A stretch of 64,000 nt of DNA. It comes from Gemmatimonadaceae bacterium (GTDB lineage: Bacteria > Gemmatimonadota > Gemmatimonadetes > Gemmatimonadales > Gemmatimonadaceae). This document shows positions 9,616-20,636 of this stretch, piece after piece. The stretch covers positions 1 through 64,000 of the forward strand of contig JBGAJQ010000018.1 in NCBI GenBank assembly GCA_044224875.1, written 5' to 3'. A program made the position numbers and the translations under genes. The notes beneath the pieces were generated by a model that saw nothing but the letters and a program-made list of their open reading frames with translations, ran no database searches and was not told the origin of the DNA. Each line of letters starts with the position of its first letter. Position 1 is the first letter of the stretch.

Positions 9616-10632
9616 ATGACCCTTCCAGAATTCCTCGAGGCGATTCAACGGCTACGTGAGCGCGTGCCGGCCGCCATGGACGCCGCGACGACCGTGGATG
9701 AGTGGACGGAGCAGCGGAATCACCTGATCGGTCGTAAGAGTGGGGCGCTGGCGGAGCTGATGACGGCGCTGCCGACGTTGCCACCCGACCAGCGGCGCGA
9801 GGCGGGGGCCGCGCTCAACGCGCTCAAGCAAGACATCGAAGCTCGGCTGGACGCCCGGCACCAGGCCCTGTTGCAGGCGGCGGGAGCAGGCCCGGCGTTG
9901 GACCTGACGATGCCCGGCCGCGCGGCGTGGGCCGGGTCGGTGCACCCAGTCACGCTCGTGATCGATGAAATCGTCGAGATCTTTCGGGAAATGGGCTTCA
10001 CGATTGCCCTGGGTCCCGAGGCGGAGTCGGAGTGGTACAACTTCGGCGCCTTGAACTTTCCGCCAAACCACCCGGCAATGGACCTGCACGACACGCTGTA
10101 CCTGGAAGGCGGTGCGCTGCTGCGGACGCACACGTCGCCGGTGCAGGTGCGCACCATGCAACAGTACCAACCGCCCATCCGCATCCTGGCACCCGGGCGC
10201 GTGTATCGTCGCGACTTCTTCGATGCCACGCACGCACCGGCCTTCGAGCAGATCGAAGGACTGGCCATCGACGAGGGGATCTCCTTTGCCGACCTGAAGG
10301 CGACGTTGTCGCATTTCGCGCGCCGGTTCTACGGGCAAGCGACGCGGACGCGCTTTGGGCCGTCGTTCTTTCCATTCACCGAGCCGTCAGCTCAAATGGA
10401 TGTCGAGGTCGACCTGGGTGATGGCCGCGGTCTGCGCTGGATCGAGATCATGGGAACCGGATTGGTCCATCCGGCGGTGATCGAATCTGCGGGACTGGAC
10501 AGCGAGAGGTACTCCGGCTGGGCCTTTGGCATGGGACCGGGGCGCATCGCGATGTCCCGATACGGCTTGCCGGACATTCGCCTGCTGTACGACTCGGACG
10601 TGCGCTTTCTGGAGCAATTCACCGCATGTTGA
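9616..10632 (+). CDS. pheS: Phenylalanine--tRNA ligase alpha subunit
   Basis: NFPPNHPAMDLHDT, LLRTHTSPVQ, FFPFTEPS, GWAFGMG. Confidence 0.97.
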   Translation: MTLPEFLEAIQRLRERVPAAMDAATTVDEWTEQRNHLIGRKSGALAELMTALPTLPPDQRREAGAALNALKQDIEARLDARHQALLQAAGAGPALDLTMPGRAAWAGSVHPVTLVIDEIVEIFREMGFTIALGPEAESEWYNFGALNFPPNHPAMDLHDTLYLEGGALLRTHTSPVQVRTMQQYQPPIRILAPGRVYRRDFFDATHAPAFEQIEGLAIDEGISFADLKATLSHFARRFYGQATRTRFGPSFFPFTEPSAQMDVEVDLGDGRGLRWIEIMGTGLVHPAVIESAGLDSERYSGWAFGMGPGRIAMSRYGLPDIRLLYDSDVRFLEQFTAC

Positions 10633-13088
10633 TCTCGCATGATTGGCTGCGCGCCTTCGTCCCGCACGGCAAGGGACCGGAGGAGATTCGCGACCGGATC
10701 ACCGCCCACGTCGCTACGGTCGATGCGATGGAGCGCCTCCGGGATGACCTGCGACCCATCGTGATCGCCCGCGTCCTGACGGCGGCTCGTCATCCGAACT
10801 CCGACCACCCGTGGGTGACGACGGTGGACGATGGCACAGGGGCGCCGGTGGACGTCGTCTGCGGCGCGCCTAACGTTACTGAAGGGGCGCTCTATCCGTT
10901 CGCGCGGGTGGGGACCGTGATGCCAACCGGGAATAAGGGGGGCATCCTGATCGAACGTCGAAAGATCCGGGGCGCGGTGTCGGCGGGAATGCTCTGTTCT
11001 GCCAAGGAACTCGGACTGGGCGATGACCATGACGGCATCCTGGCGTTGGACCTGGTTGCCGCACCTGGGACGCCGCTGCTGGACGTGTTGAGCGTGGGTG
11101 ACATCCGCTATGACGTCGACGTGTTGCCCAACCGTCCCGACCTGCTTTCTCACCAAGGCATGGCGCGCGAAATCGCGGCGCTCACCGGCGCATCGCTCGC
11201 GATGCCGGCGGAGCTGGGTGGCGAGCCGAAGCTGAGTGTAGCCGCGCGTGATCCGCGCGAAGCATCGTCGGCGGGAGCGACCATCCGCATCGAGTATCCC
11301 GAAGGATGTCCACGGTTCATGGGCATCGTGATCCGCGGCGTTCGCGTCGGCCCGAGTCCTGACTGGCTGGTGACGAGACTCGCCAGCGTTGGCGTGCGAT
11401 CGATTTCCAACATCGTGGACGTGACCAACTACATGGTGCACGGACTCGGGCAGCCCATGCACGCCTACGACCTGGCCAAGGTCGCCGGGAAGACCCTCGT
11501 TGCCCGGTGTGCGCGTGCCGGTGAGCAGCTGACGACACTGGATGGCGTGACGCGCACCTTGGACGAGCGCATGACGGTAATCGCCGACCTCAACGGACCC
11601 GTTGGCGTCGCTGGGGTCATGGGTGGCCTGGACAGCGAGGTCACCGAGGGGACCACCGAGCTCTTCCTCGAAGCAGCGTACTTCGATCCCGCGCGAACGC
11701 GGGTAACCCGCCGCGCGTTAGGCCTGTCGACCGATGCGAGCTACCGGTTCGAGCGGGGCATCGACCCCGAAGGCACGCCGCGGTGCATTGCCGCGGCTGC
11801 GCAGCTGATATGCGCGCTCACAGGCGGCCGAGTGGACGGCGCACCGATTGACGTCGGCGCGCCACCGCCGCGCCACGAGCGCGTAGACTTGCGACCGGCA
11901 CGCCTCTCTCGTTTGCTCGGTGCCGAGGTTGGGGCTGACGAGATAGCCGCGCGTTTGTCGTCCGTCGGCTTCGACGTCAATCGGCAGGATGATGGCACGC
12001 TGGGCGTGGTGGCGCCGAGCTGGCGACACGACGTCAGCCGCGATGTGGACCTGGTGGAGGAAGTCGCGCGACTGCGAGGGTACGACTCCTTGTCCGACGA
12101 GTTGCGGCCGTTTCGCCCAGGAACCGTCCCCGATCACCCTCTCCACACGCTCACGCGAAGGTTGCGCGACTTCCTGGTTGGCCGCGGCCTTGCCGAAGTT
12201 CGGCCATTGCCGTTCGTGAAGGGCGCCGATAGCACGCACGTTCGCGTGGTGAATCCTCTGGCCGAGGATGAACCCCACCTGCGCACCCGCGTCCTCGATA
12301 CGCTCGCCAGGCGCGCCGAGTACAACCTCACGCGCATGGAAGGCAACGTGCGGTTGTTCGAAGTCGGCTCGGCGTTCGAGAAGAGCGACGGACCACTCCC
12401 GCGAGAATCGGTCAGGTTGGGCGTCATCCTCATGGGAGCGCGACGTCCGGCCCACTTCACTGACGGCCAGACGGAGTCGTTCGACGCATGGGATGCGCGA
12501 GCGTTAGGCGAGGCTATTGCCTGCGCGATCAACCCGGCGCGCCCTGCCGATCTCGTACCGGTCGAAGGTGACGACCGTGTCTTGTGGCGCGCCGTGAGTC
12601 CTGACGGTCGACCCGTCGGGACGGTCGAGCGCGTTGCGCTGGACCGCCCGGTGTGGGCTGCGCCGGCTTTCGGGATCGAGTGGACGCTGGGTGGCATGCC
12701 GAACGCGCCCGTTGCAGCCCCCGGCACGCACACGACGGTCGACGGGGCGGGAGCAGGGTTGCAGCTCCCTTCCACCCACCGCCAGTTCCGCGCCCTGCCG
12801 ACTACTCCGCCCGCAGTGTTCGATATCGCATTGCTGCTTCCCGGGTCTCTCTCGGCGCAAGCGGTAGAGCACGTCATTCGCACCTCGGCCGGCGACCTGC
12901 TCGAAAAGCTGGCGCTCTTTGACGAATATCGGGGACAAGGGCTACCGGAAGGCTATCGGTCGGTCGCTTGGCGGTTGACCTTCCGCGACCCCGTTCGCAC
13001 ACTTCGCGACAAGGAGATCGAAGGGCGACGTCTGAAGATCTTGAAGGCCCTCGAAGGAGAACTTGGTGTCCGACCGCGATCCGTCTGA
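10626..13088 (+). CDS. pheT: Phenylalanine--tRNA ligase beta subunit
   Basis: VVCGAPNV, GMLCSAKELG, PNRPDLLS, ASYRFERG, DLVEEVAR, C-terminal FDX-ACB domain. Confidence 0.97.
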   Translation: MLISHDWLRAFVPHGKGPEEIRDRITAHVATVDAMERLRDDLRPIVIARVLTAARHPNSDHPWVTTVDDGTGAPVDVVCGAPNVTEGALYPFARVGTVMPTGNKGGILIERRKIRGAVSAGMLCSAKELGLGDDHDGILALDLVAAPGTPLLDVLSVGDIRYDVDVLPNRPDLLSHQGMAREIAALTGASLAMPAELGGEPKLSVAARDPREASSAGATIRIEYPEGCPRFMGIVIRGVRVGPSPDWLVTRLASVGVRSISNIVDVTNYMVHGLGQPMHAYDLAKVAGKTLVARCARAGEQLTTLDGVTRTLDERMTVIADLNGPVGVAGVMGGLDSEVTEGTTELFLEAAYFDPARTRVTRRALGLSTDASYRFERGIDPEGTPRCIAAAAQLICALTGGRVDGAPIDVGAPPPRHERVDLRPARLSRLLGAEVGADEIAARLSSVGFDVNRQDDGTLGVVAPSWRHDVSRDVDLVEEVARLRGYDSLSDELRPFRPGTVPDHPLHTLTRRLRDFLVGRGLAEVRPLPFVKGADSTHVRVVNPLAEDEPHLRTRVLDTLARRAEYNLTRMEGNVRLFEVGSAFEKSDGPLPRESVRLGVILMGARRPAHFTDGQTESFDAWDARALGEAIACAINPARPADLVPVEGDDRVLWRAVSPDGRPVGTVERVALDRPVWAAPAFGIEWTLGGMPNAPVAAPGTHTTVDGAGAGLQLPSTHRQFRALPTTPPAVFDIALLLPGSLSAQAVEHVIRTSAGDLLEKLALFDEYRGQGLPEGYRSVAWRLTFRDPVRTLRDKEIEGRRLKILKALEGELGVRPRSV

Positions 13089-13380
13089 CCTGTCCGCCTT
13101 TCGCCAGCTCGAACAGGTCGTACGCCACCTGAGCGAGGATCTGGCCGCCTTTCGTCGCCGTGCATTGCAGGCTGAAGCGCGCGTGAAGGCGTTGGAGTCG
13201 GCCGCCAAGCCCGGTGAGGCCTACACCGAGGAGCGTGTGCGGGCACTCGAGGCCGATTTGGATGACGCTCGCTCCCGTCTGCGCTTCGCCATGGAGCGCA
13301 CGACGTCGGAGCTGGACCAGGTTCGCTTTCTCCGCCAGCAGGAAGTCACCGCCGCGCGAAATGGCGGAGGCGACAAGTGA
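13066..13380 (+). CDS. Small coiled-coil protein (ZapB-like by position)
   Basis: Heptad-rich helical sequence between pheT and zapA; AGGAG RBS before GTG. Confidence 0.6.
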   Translation: MSDRDPSDLSAFRQLEQVVRHLSEDLAAFRRRALQAEARVKALESAAKPGEAYTEERVRALEADLDDARSRLRFAMERTTSELDQVRFLRQQEVTAARNGGGDK

Positions 13381-13697
13381 CTGATCGTCGGAACGTCGTT
13401 CGGGTTCAGATCGTGGGCGAGGAGTACACCATTCGCTCGGACGCTACGGCCGAGCACACGAAAGCCGTCGCTCAACACGTGGACCAGGCCATCAAACGCG
13501 TGCTGCACGGCGGCAGCGTGGTTGAGACGCACAAGGCCGCGATTCTCGCCGCCCTGCAGATTACGGATGAGTTGTTCCGCGAGCGCGACGCCCGGCTGAC
13601 ACTGGACGAGGAAATGCATGCCCTGGCGACCGATCTGGTGCGCTTGCTGCCTCCGGCCAAGCGCGTAGGCGAGGGTGAGGCAGCCTCGACGGGCTGA
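13377..13697 (+). CDS. zapA: Cell division protein ZapA
   Basis: VQIVGEEYTI...AAILAALQITDEL; pheT-zapA-rny synteny. Confidence 0.88.
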   Translation: MTDRRNVVRVQIVGEEYTIRSDATAEHTKAVAQHVDQAIKRVLHGGSVVETHKAAILAALQITDELFRERDARLTLDEEMHALATDLVRLLPPAKRVGEGEAASTG

Positions 13698-13726
13698 TTG
13701 CCTTTCTGTGACAATCGGGCTACCTT
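13698..13726 (+). promoter_or_regulatory. Putative sigma70 promoter for the 6S-like RNA/rny
   Basis: TTGCCT (13698-13703), 17-nt spacer, TACCTT (13721-13726). Confidence 0.55.
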
Positions 13727-13731
13727 GACGG

Positions 13732-13858
13732 GGTCAGCCGCTGGGGCGTAGGTCGAAGCCCATGCGTGAGTTAGCTCCCCCCCGGCCCGCTCCCCTCGTC
13801 GGAGCCGGCCCGGTGGTGCTCCTCAAGTGTGTCGGCCCGCACCCAGCCGCGTTATCTC
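13732..13858 (+). ncRNA. ssrS: Candidate 6S RNA (short)
   Basis: Sits between zapA and rny, a common 6S locus. Rod-like fold: GCTGGG 13740-45 / CCCAGC 13842-47; GGTCGA 13751-56 / TCGGCC 13832-37; central bubble; apical GCTCC/GGAGC. Confidence 0.6.
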
Positions 13859-13892
13859 GCTCGTTGGCCCTCGGGGCCACGCTGGGGCATAG

Positions 13893-15485
13893 ATGCAAAT
13901 CTCCGTTGGAATACTCGCGACTGCGTTAGGCGCACTGGCTCTTCTTGCGTCCGCAGTCTTTTTTGTTTTTGGTCGCCGGTCGGGCGTGGCTGCGGAGCTC
14001 GAGCGACAAAAGGCCGCGAAGGCGTCCGCCGAGGAGACCTCCAAGCGAATCGTCGCCGAAGCTGAACGCGAGGCGGAGTCGCTCAAGAAGTCCGCGGTTG
14101 TCTCCGGGAAGGAAGAGATGATCCGCCTGCGCGAGGACTGGGAGCACGAGGCCCGGCACCGGCGCGAGGAGGTCGAGCGCGAAGAACGCCGCGTCGAAGA
14201 ACGGCAGTCGCAACTCGACAAGAAGTTCGACCTTCTGGACCAACGTGAACGGGACCTGGGACGACGTGCCAGCGATCTAGGTCGGCGCGAGAAGTCTGTC
14301 ACCGAGCGCGAGGGTGAGCTGGACAAGATGATCGGCGACGAGCGTCGGCGGCTGGAGGCGCTGGCGGGCATGTCGGCGAACGAGGCCAAGCAGGAGCTGA
14401 TGCAACGCCTGGAGCAGGAAGCCGAAGCGGACGCCGCCAACCGGATTCGTGAAATCCGCGAGACGGCCAAGCGCAACGCGGAGCGCGAAGCGAAGAAGAT
14501 CGTGGCGCTGGCAGTGCAGCGAATTGGCGCCGAGCACACGACGGAAATCTCCGTGGCGGCCGTGTCGCTCCCGAACGATGAAATGAAGGGACGCATCATC
14601 GGCCGCGAGGGGCGAAACATCCGAGCGTTTGAATTGGCAACCGGTGTGGACGTGATCATCGACGACACCCCGGATACGGTGGTCGTCTCGTGCTTCGACC
14701 CGGTGCGGCGCGAAGTGGCGCGGTTGTCTCTCGAGAAGCTCGTGGCTGACGGACGCATTCACCCGGGGCGCATCGAAGAGGTCGTGGCCAAGTCGCGCGC
14801 GGAAGTTGATCGCTCGATCATCGAGACCGGTGAACGCGCGGCGTACGAGACCGGAGTGCACGGACTTCACCCCGAGCTCATCAAGCTCGTGGGGCGCATG
14901 CGGTATCGAACGTCGTACGGGCAAAACATCCTCGATCACTCGAAGGAAGTGGCGCACCTGGCTGGCATCATGGCGGCAGAGTTGGGTTTGGACGTGGCGA
15001 TGGCCAAGCGCGGGGCGCTGCTACACGATGTGGGCAAGGTGTTGACGCACGAGCACGAGGGAACGCACGTGCAGTTGGGCGTCGAAGTGGCAACGAAGTA
15101 CGGCGAGAGTCCTCTCGTCGTGAACTGTATTGCCGCGCACCATGACGACGTGCCGCACGAGTCGGAGGTCTCGGTGCTGGTGCAGGCCGCCGACGCCATT
15201 TCGGGTTCGCGTCCAGGTGCACGCCGCGAGGCCTTCGAAACCTACGTCAAGCGTCTGGAAGGGCTCGAGCGGATTGCTTCGAGCTACCGTGGCGTGGAAA
15301 AGGTGTTCGCTATCCAGGCCGGGCGTGAGATTCGCGTGACGGTTACCCCTGATCATGTGGACGACGCGCGCATGGTGACGCTGGCGGAAGAGATTGCACG
15401 GCGTGTCGAGGCGGAGCTTCAGTATCCAGGTCAGATCAAAGTCGTGGTGATCCGCGAAACGAGGGCGGTGGATTTTGCACGATAG
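13893..15485 (+). CDS. rny: Ribonuclease Y
   Basis: N-terminal TM helix, coiled coil, KH domain ([14 protein letters not shown]), HD domain (LLHDVGK), [12 protein letters not shown]. Confidence 0.97.
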   Translation: MQISVGILATALGALALLASAVFFVFGRRSGVAAELERQKAAKASAEETSKRIVAEAEREAESLKKSAVVSGKEEMIRLREDWEHEARHRREEVEREERRVEERQSQLDKKFDLLDQRERDLGRRASDLGRREKSVTEREGELDKMIGDERRRLEALAGMSANEAKQELMQRLEQEAEADAANRIREIRETAKRNAEREAKKIVALAVQRIGAEHTTEISVAAVSLPNDEMKGRIIGREGRNIRAFELATGVDVIIDDTPDTVVVSCFDPVRREVARLSLEKLVADGRIHPGRIEEVVAKSRAEVDRSIIETGERAAYETGVHGLHPELIKLVGRMRYRTSYGQNILDHSKEVAHLAGIMAAELGLDVAMAKRGALLHDVGKVLTHEHEGTHVQLGVEVATKYGESPLVVNCIAAHHDDVPHESEVSVLVQAADAISGSRPGARREAFETYVKRLEGLERIASSYRGVEKVFAIQAGREIRVTVTPDHVDDARMVTLAEEIARRVEAELQYPGQIKVVVIRETRAVDFAR

Positions 15486-16386
15486 CCTCTTGGCGCCCAG
15501 TGGCGGCGCGCAGCTTATTGATGGCGTGGCCGTGGCCAAGGCCGTGCGCGCCGATGTCGCGCGCGACACCGCGGAGCTGCGGGCGCGTGGCATCGTCCCG
15601 GGCCTGACGGTGGTGATCGTCGGCGAGGATCCGGCGAGCGTGACGTACGTGAGGTCGAAGGAGAAGGCCAGCGTTGAAGCTGGCATGCGCGGTGAGACGC
15701 TGCGCTTGCCGGCGTCCGTGTCACAGGCGGAACTCGAAGCGCTGATTGACCGGTTGAACGCTGACCCTCAGGTGCACGGCATCCTGGTCCAGAGTCCTCT
15801 TCCGAAGCATATCGACGCAAATACCGTCGTCCGTCGGATTGCGCCGGCGAAGGACGTGGATGGATTTCATCCGGTCAACGTGGGGAAGTTGCTGATCGGG
15901 GAGAAGGACGGCTTCGCTCCATGTACCCCGGCTGGCGTTCAGGAGCTGTTGGTGCGCTACGGCGTCGAGACGTCAGGTAAGGATGTCGTCATCATCGGTC
16001 GGAGCAACATCGTCGGCAAGCCGATGGCCGCCCTGCTGGTGCAGAGTGGAAAGGGAGCCGACTGCACGGTCACGGTCTGTCACTCACGCACGCGCGATTT
16101 GGCGTCGCACACCCGTCGAGCGGACATCGTGATCGCCGCGATCGGCAAGCCAGAAGTCGTCACCGCCGACATGATCCGGCCCGGGGCTGTGGTCATCGAT
16201 GTTGGGATCAACCGCGTGCCCGATCCAGGCAGCGCGAAGGGATACCGTCTGGTCGGCGATGTTCATTTCGAGAGTGTGCGGCGCGTGGCGTCATTGATCA
16301 CGCCAGTGCCGGGTGGCGTGGGTCCTATGACCATCGCGATGTTGCTGGCGAACACGGTCCGGGCCGCGAGGCAGGCCAGCGGGTGA
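15475..16386 (+). CDS. folD: Bifunctional methylene-THF dehydrogenase/cyclohydrolase
   Basis: [35 protein letters not shown]; start approximate. Confidence 0.95.
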   Translation: MHDSLLAPSGGAQLIDGVAVAKAVRADVARDTAELRARGIVPGLTVVIVGEDPASVTYVRSKEKASVEAGMRGETLRLPASVSQAELEALIDRLNADPQVHGILVQSPLPKHIDANTVVRRIAPAKDVDGFHPVNVGKLLIGEKDGFAPCTPAGVQELLVRYGVETSGKDVVIIGRSNIVGKPMAALLVQSGKGADCTVTVCHSRTRDLASHTRRADIVIAAIGKPEVVTADMIRPGAVVIDVGINRVPDPGSAKGYRLVGDVHFESVRRVASLITPVPGGVGPMTIAMLLANTVRAARQASG

Positions 16387-17616
16387 CCGGTCGGCGGGAA
16401 GTCCCCCGTCAGCGCGCGCGAGCCGGCGACACGGAGGGGTTGGAGCTGCCACTCCCTCTTCCCGCCGATCGTCCGCGTGAAGTTACGCGAGGCCTGCCGG
16501 GGGAGACGGCCGGCAATCCGATGCCGGTGTCGGACTTTACCGCGATCACCAAGGAAATCGTCGAGGGTGGCGTTCCGCCGCAGTGGCTGCGGGGGGAGAT
16601 CAGCGGGTTCAAGGTCCATCGCAACGGGCACTGGTACTTTTCGCTTCGCGACGCTTCGGCGCAGTTGCGTTGTGTGGTGTGGGCGTCCGACACCCGGCGC
16701 ATGCTGGCGCCACCGGATGAGGGGATGGAGGTGGTGGTGCGCGGCCGAATCATCATGTTCGCGGCGCGCGCCGAGTTGCAGCTGCAGGTGGTGGCGATTC
16801 GCGGCGTCGGCGACGGCTTGTGGCGAAAGGCGTTTGAGCTGACCCGCGCACGGCTACAGGCCGACGGCCTGCTCGATCCGGCGCGAAAGCGACGGCTGCC
16901 CTTCCTGCCGCGCCGGGTGGCGGTGGTCACCAGCTTGGACGGCGCGGTGTTGCACGATGTCATGGTGGTGCTCAAGCGGCGCTGCCCGATCGTTCAGTTG
17001 GTGGTCATTCCTGCGGCGGTCCAGGGTGAGGGATCCGAAGAGTCGATCTGTTCGGCCCTCGAGCGACTTGCCCGTTGGCGAAAGGCCGACGTCGCCATTG
17101 TTGGACGTGGCGGCGGATCGCGAGACGATCTGTGGACGTTCAACAGCGAGCGAGTGGCGCGGGCCCTGGCGGCGTTGCCGATGCCGACGATCTCCGCCCC
17201 TCGTGGCGGACGTTCGAGCCCCAACGCCGTCGGCGGGCGCGGAATCGGCCGTGCCGGTGCTCTCCGACTTGATCGCCGAAGTGCGCGAAACCGGCTACGC
17301 GTTGCAGCGTGGGGCTCGGCTGGTATTGCAACGGGCCCAAGCCCGCATACAGTCGGCGTCACGCCACACCGCGTTGGCATCGCATCGGGTGGTCGATCGG
17401 GGACGCCTTCGCGTCGAAACGTTAGGCGGGCGACTGCACGCCCTGAGCCCGTTGGCGACGCTGGGGCGAGGATACACCCTCACCACGGACTCCATGCACC
17501 AGCTGGTCACGCGAGCGGCGGCGCTGGCCCCCGGCGACGCGCTGCGGGTGCAGTTCATCGACGGGCACGTCGAAGGGCGTGTGGATCGCGTCGACGTGCG
17601 GGAGGACCCATCGTGA
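16383..17616 (+). pseudogene. xseA: Exodeoxyribonuclease VII large subunit, frameshifted by an internal deletion at ~17198
   Basis: GHWYFSLRD, RGGGSRDDLWTFN, PTISA in one frame; LVADVRAPTPS...LSPLATLGRGY in another. The conserved VGHExD segment is absent. Could be an assembly error. Confidence 0.85.
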
Positions 17617-17825
17617 GTTTTGAATCGTCCCTGCAGCGCCTGGAAGCCATCGTTCGCGAGCTGGAAGGCGGAGACCTCACATTGGAGCGCGCGCTCGTCC
17701 TCTTCGAGGAAGGGGTCAAGGAACTCCGAGTGGCTTCGGAGGCCCTTTCGGCGGCAGACGCCACCGTGAAGGTGTTGACCGAGAAGGCAGACGGAGCGTT
17801 GACACTGACGGACTTCCGTGGCTGA
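17613..17825 (+). CDS. xseB: Exodeoxyribonuclease VII small subunit
   Basis: SFESSLQRLEAIVRELEGGDLTLERALVLFEEG; GGAGG at 17601-05, GTG at 17613. Confidence 0.92.
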   Translation: MSFESSLQRLEAIVRELEGGDLTLERALVLFEEGVKELRVASEALSAADATVKVLTEKADGALTLTDFRG

Positions 17826-18714
17826 GCCGTTTGCCGACGAAGTGACCACAGTCCGCCGGCGCATCAGTGAGACATTGCGCCGCATCTGCCAATGCGAGGT
17901 TGCGGAGGTGGATCCGTTGGTCGCAGCCGCCATCGAGTACGCGTTGAGCGGCGAAGGCAAGCGGCTGCGCGGGCTGCTTGTGGTGTTCGCCTTTCGCGCA
18001 TGCAATGGACGCGGCGATCCGACCGAGCTGGCCGCCGCGGTGGAGATCGTGCATGCCTATTCGTTGGTTCACGACGACCTGCCGTGCATGGATGACGATG
18101 ACCTGCGTCGCGGATTGCCCACCGTGCACCGCGCCATGGGGGTGAACGCGGCCACCGCGGCCGGACTGACGATGGTTCCAATGGCGGCGCGGGCCGCCTT
18201 CCGAGGCGCCGGAACGCTCGGACTTTCGACACGCGCGTGTGGCGACGTGGTGCGCGTCCTCATGCAGGCATCGGGCGCTGGCGGCATGATTGGGGGACAA
18301 TTGCTGGATCTCGAGGCCGAGGGGAGGCAGCTGTCGCTTTCGGAACTCGAACAGGTTCACCGGGCCAAGACGGGCGCGTTGATCGGCGCGGCGGTGCGCG
18401 TCGGTGCCATGGCGGCCAGCGCCGTCCCCGAACGCGTCGCCGTGCTGGGTGATTTTGGCGACGCTCTGGGGTTGGCGTTTCAAATTGCGGATGATGTGCT
18501 CGACGTCACGGGTACTTCTGACCAATTGGGGAAGACTGCCGGGCGCGATGTGGCGCTGCAAAAGAGCACGTATCCCAGCGTGTTGGGTGTCGCGGGAGCG
18601 GTGGCACGGGCGAACGCGCTGGCGTCTGATGCGTGCGGGGCACTAAAAACGGTCGGGCTCTTGACCCCCGATCTCGAGGCGTTGGCGCAATATGTGGTCG
18701 AGCGCCAGTCATAG
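17818..18714 (+). CDS. ispA: Farnesyl-diphosphate synthase / polyprenyl synthetase
   Basis: GKRLR, SLVHDDLPCMDDDDLRRG, AFQIADDVLD. Confidence 0.93.
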   Translation: MAEPFADEVTTVRRRISETLRRICQCEVAEVDPLVAAAIEYALSGEGKRLRGLLVVFAFRACNGRGDPTELAAAVEIVHAYSLVHDDLPCMDDDDLRRGLPTVHRAMGVNAATAAGLTMVPMAARAAFRGAGTLGLSTRACGDVVRVLMQASGAGGMIGGQLLDLEAEGRQLSLSELEQVHRAKTGALIGAAVRVGAMAASAVPERVAVLGDFGDALGLAFQIADDVLDVTGTSDQLGKTAGRDVALQKSTYPSVLGVAGAVARANALASDACGALKTVGLLTPDLEALAQYVVERQS

Positions 18715-18755
18715 CGGCAGCTTATAGATTACGGCACGGAGGCATTGCACTCGTT

Positions 18756-20636
18756 ATGGGCGTTCTGGACCAGATTGCATCACCCGCGGACCTGCGATCA
18801 CGCTCGCGAGATGAGCTGCGCGTGCTCGCGAACGAGGTGCGCACTCGCCTCATCGATGTGTGCTCGCGCACCGGGGGTCATATCGGGGCCGGTCTGGGCG
18901 TCGTCGAGCTGACGGTCGCACTGCACTACGTCTTTGACACACCGCGCGACCAGTTGGTGTGGGACGTGGGACATCAGGGGTATCCCCACAAGCTCCTCAC
19001 TGGCCGCAATGCCGCCATGGAAACGCTGCGCCAGGAAAATGGCGTTTCTGGCTTTCTCAAGCGCAGCGAAAGCCCATACGACGCGTTTGGTGCCGGGCAC
19101 GCGGCAACGGCGATATCGGCAGCGCTGGGGATGGCTGCGGCGCGTGACGTTCGCGGCGAGGACTTCAAGGTCGTGGCCGTCCTGGGTGACGGCGCGCTCA
19201 CCTCAGGTCTGGCGTACGAAGGACTGAACAACGCGGGGCACTCGGACCGAGATGTCATCGTTGTCCTGAATGACAATGAGATGTCGATCGCGCCTAACGT
19301 CGGCGCGATCTCGAAGTACTTGAACCAGGTGCAACGGAATCCGCTGTACAACCGGGTGCGAACGGCGATCGCGTCGGTCGTCGAGGGGCACAACAGCATC
19401 AAGACGCTGGTGCAAAAATGGGAAGAGAGCGTGAAAGGATTCCTCACGCCCGGCATGCTCTTCGAAGAACTGGGATTCCGGTATTTCGGTCCGATCGATG
19501 GTCACGACCTGGACGCACTGGTGAACACGTTTGCCGCGGTGCGATCCATGTCGGGGCCGCGATTCGTCCACGTCGTCACGCAGAAGGGGAGGGGTTTTCC
19601 CGCCGGTGAGCACGTCGAGAAGTGGCATGCTCTGCCACCGGGACACGACCCGGCGACGGGTAAGCAACTGAAGACGTCCACGGCGAACCCGGCCTACACG
19701 GCGCAGTTTGGGAAAGGTCTGGCTGAGCTCATGGCCGAGCGACCGGACATCGTCACGATTACCGCGGCCATGCCGAGCGGTACCGGGACGGCGCAGGTCG
19801 CCAAGGCACACCCTGCCCGTTTCTTCGACGTGGGGATCGCGGAAGGACACGCCGTCACGTTCGCCGCGGGGATGGCAACGCGCGGCGTTCACCCCGTGGT
19901 GGCGATCTACTCCACGTTCCTGCAACGTGCGTACGACAACGTCATCCACGACGTGGCGTTACAGCAGCTGCCGGTAACCTTCTGTCTGGATCGAGCGGGC
20001 TTGGTTGGTGAGGACGGCGAGACCCATATGGGACTCTACGACATCGCGTACATGCTGGCGGTCCCCAACATGACGGTGATGGCACCGCGCAATGCCACCG
20101 AAATGCTCGGCCTTCTCCGCACGGCGGCCGAGCGTGGCGACGGGCCGAGCGCACTCCGCTATCCACGTGACGTTGCACCTGACGTGGCGCCCCCTATGGC
20201 AGAGATCCGGGCCGTTCCGTACGGCACCTGGGACGTCGTTCGCCGCGGGAAGGAGTTCGCCTTGCTCGCCGTGGGCCCCATGGTGGATCAGGCACTGCGC
20301 GCCGCGGAAACACTGGCTGCGGATGGGTATGACCTGACAGTGGTGAATTGCCGGTTCCTGAAGCCGTACGACGAACTCACGCTGGCCGCACTGCTCCATG
20401 ATCACCGTGTGCTGCTCGTGGTGGAGGAGGGAACGGTCGTGAATGGCTTCGGCGCCTACCTCTCGACCGTGGTGGAGCGTCTGGAGCCGGCGGTTCGCGT
20501 CATCGCGCACGGAGTGCCGGATCGCATCGTGCACGCCGCGTCCCGTGCTCGTCAGCTTGAACTGTGCGGGTTGGATGCACAGGGTATTGCAGCGCGCGTC
20601 CGCGCCCTGCACGAGAGCGAGGCGATCGCCGGGTGA
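18756..20636 (+). CDS. dxs: 1-deoxy-D-xylulose-5-phosphate synthase
   Basis: WDVGHQGYPHK, GDGALTSG...NDNEMSI, DVGIAEGHAVT, YSTFLQRAYD, DRAGLVG. Confidence 0.97.
   Translation: MGVLDQIASPADLRSRSRDELRVLANEVRTRLIDVCSRTGGHIGAGLGVVELTVALHYVFDTPRDQLVWDVGHQGYPHKLLTGRNAAMETLRQENGVSGFLKRSESPYDAFGAGHAATAISAALGMAAARDVRGEDFKVVAVLGDGALTSGLAYEGLNNAGHSDRDVIVVLNDNEMSIAPNVGAISKYLNQVQRNPLYNRVRTAIASVVEGHNSIKTLVQKWEESVKGFLTPGMLFEELGFRYFGPIDGHDLDALVNTFAAVRSMSGPRFVHVVTQKGRGFPAGEHVEKWHALPPGHDPATGKQLKTSTANPAYTAQFGKGLAELMAERPDIVTITAAMPSGTGTAQVAKAHPARFFDVGIAEGHAVTFAAGMATRGVHPVVAIYSTFLQRAYDNVIHDVALQQLPVTFCLDRAGLVGEDGETHMGLYDIAYMLAVPNMTVMAPRNATEMLGLLRTAAERGDGPSALRYPRDVAPDVAPPMAEIRAVPYGTWDVVRRGKEFALLAVGPMVDQALRAAETLAADGYDLTVVNCRFLKPYDELTLAALLHDHRVLLVVEEGTVVNGFGAYLSTVVERLEPAVRVIAHGVPDRIVHAASRARQLELCGLDAQGIAARVRALHESEAIAG

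Noticed and set aside
16383..17825. 480-aa XseA-XseB fusion from the ORF track
   Set aside because: Produced by the xseA deletion; the intervening sequence is out of frame and xseB has its own RBS and GTG.
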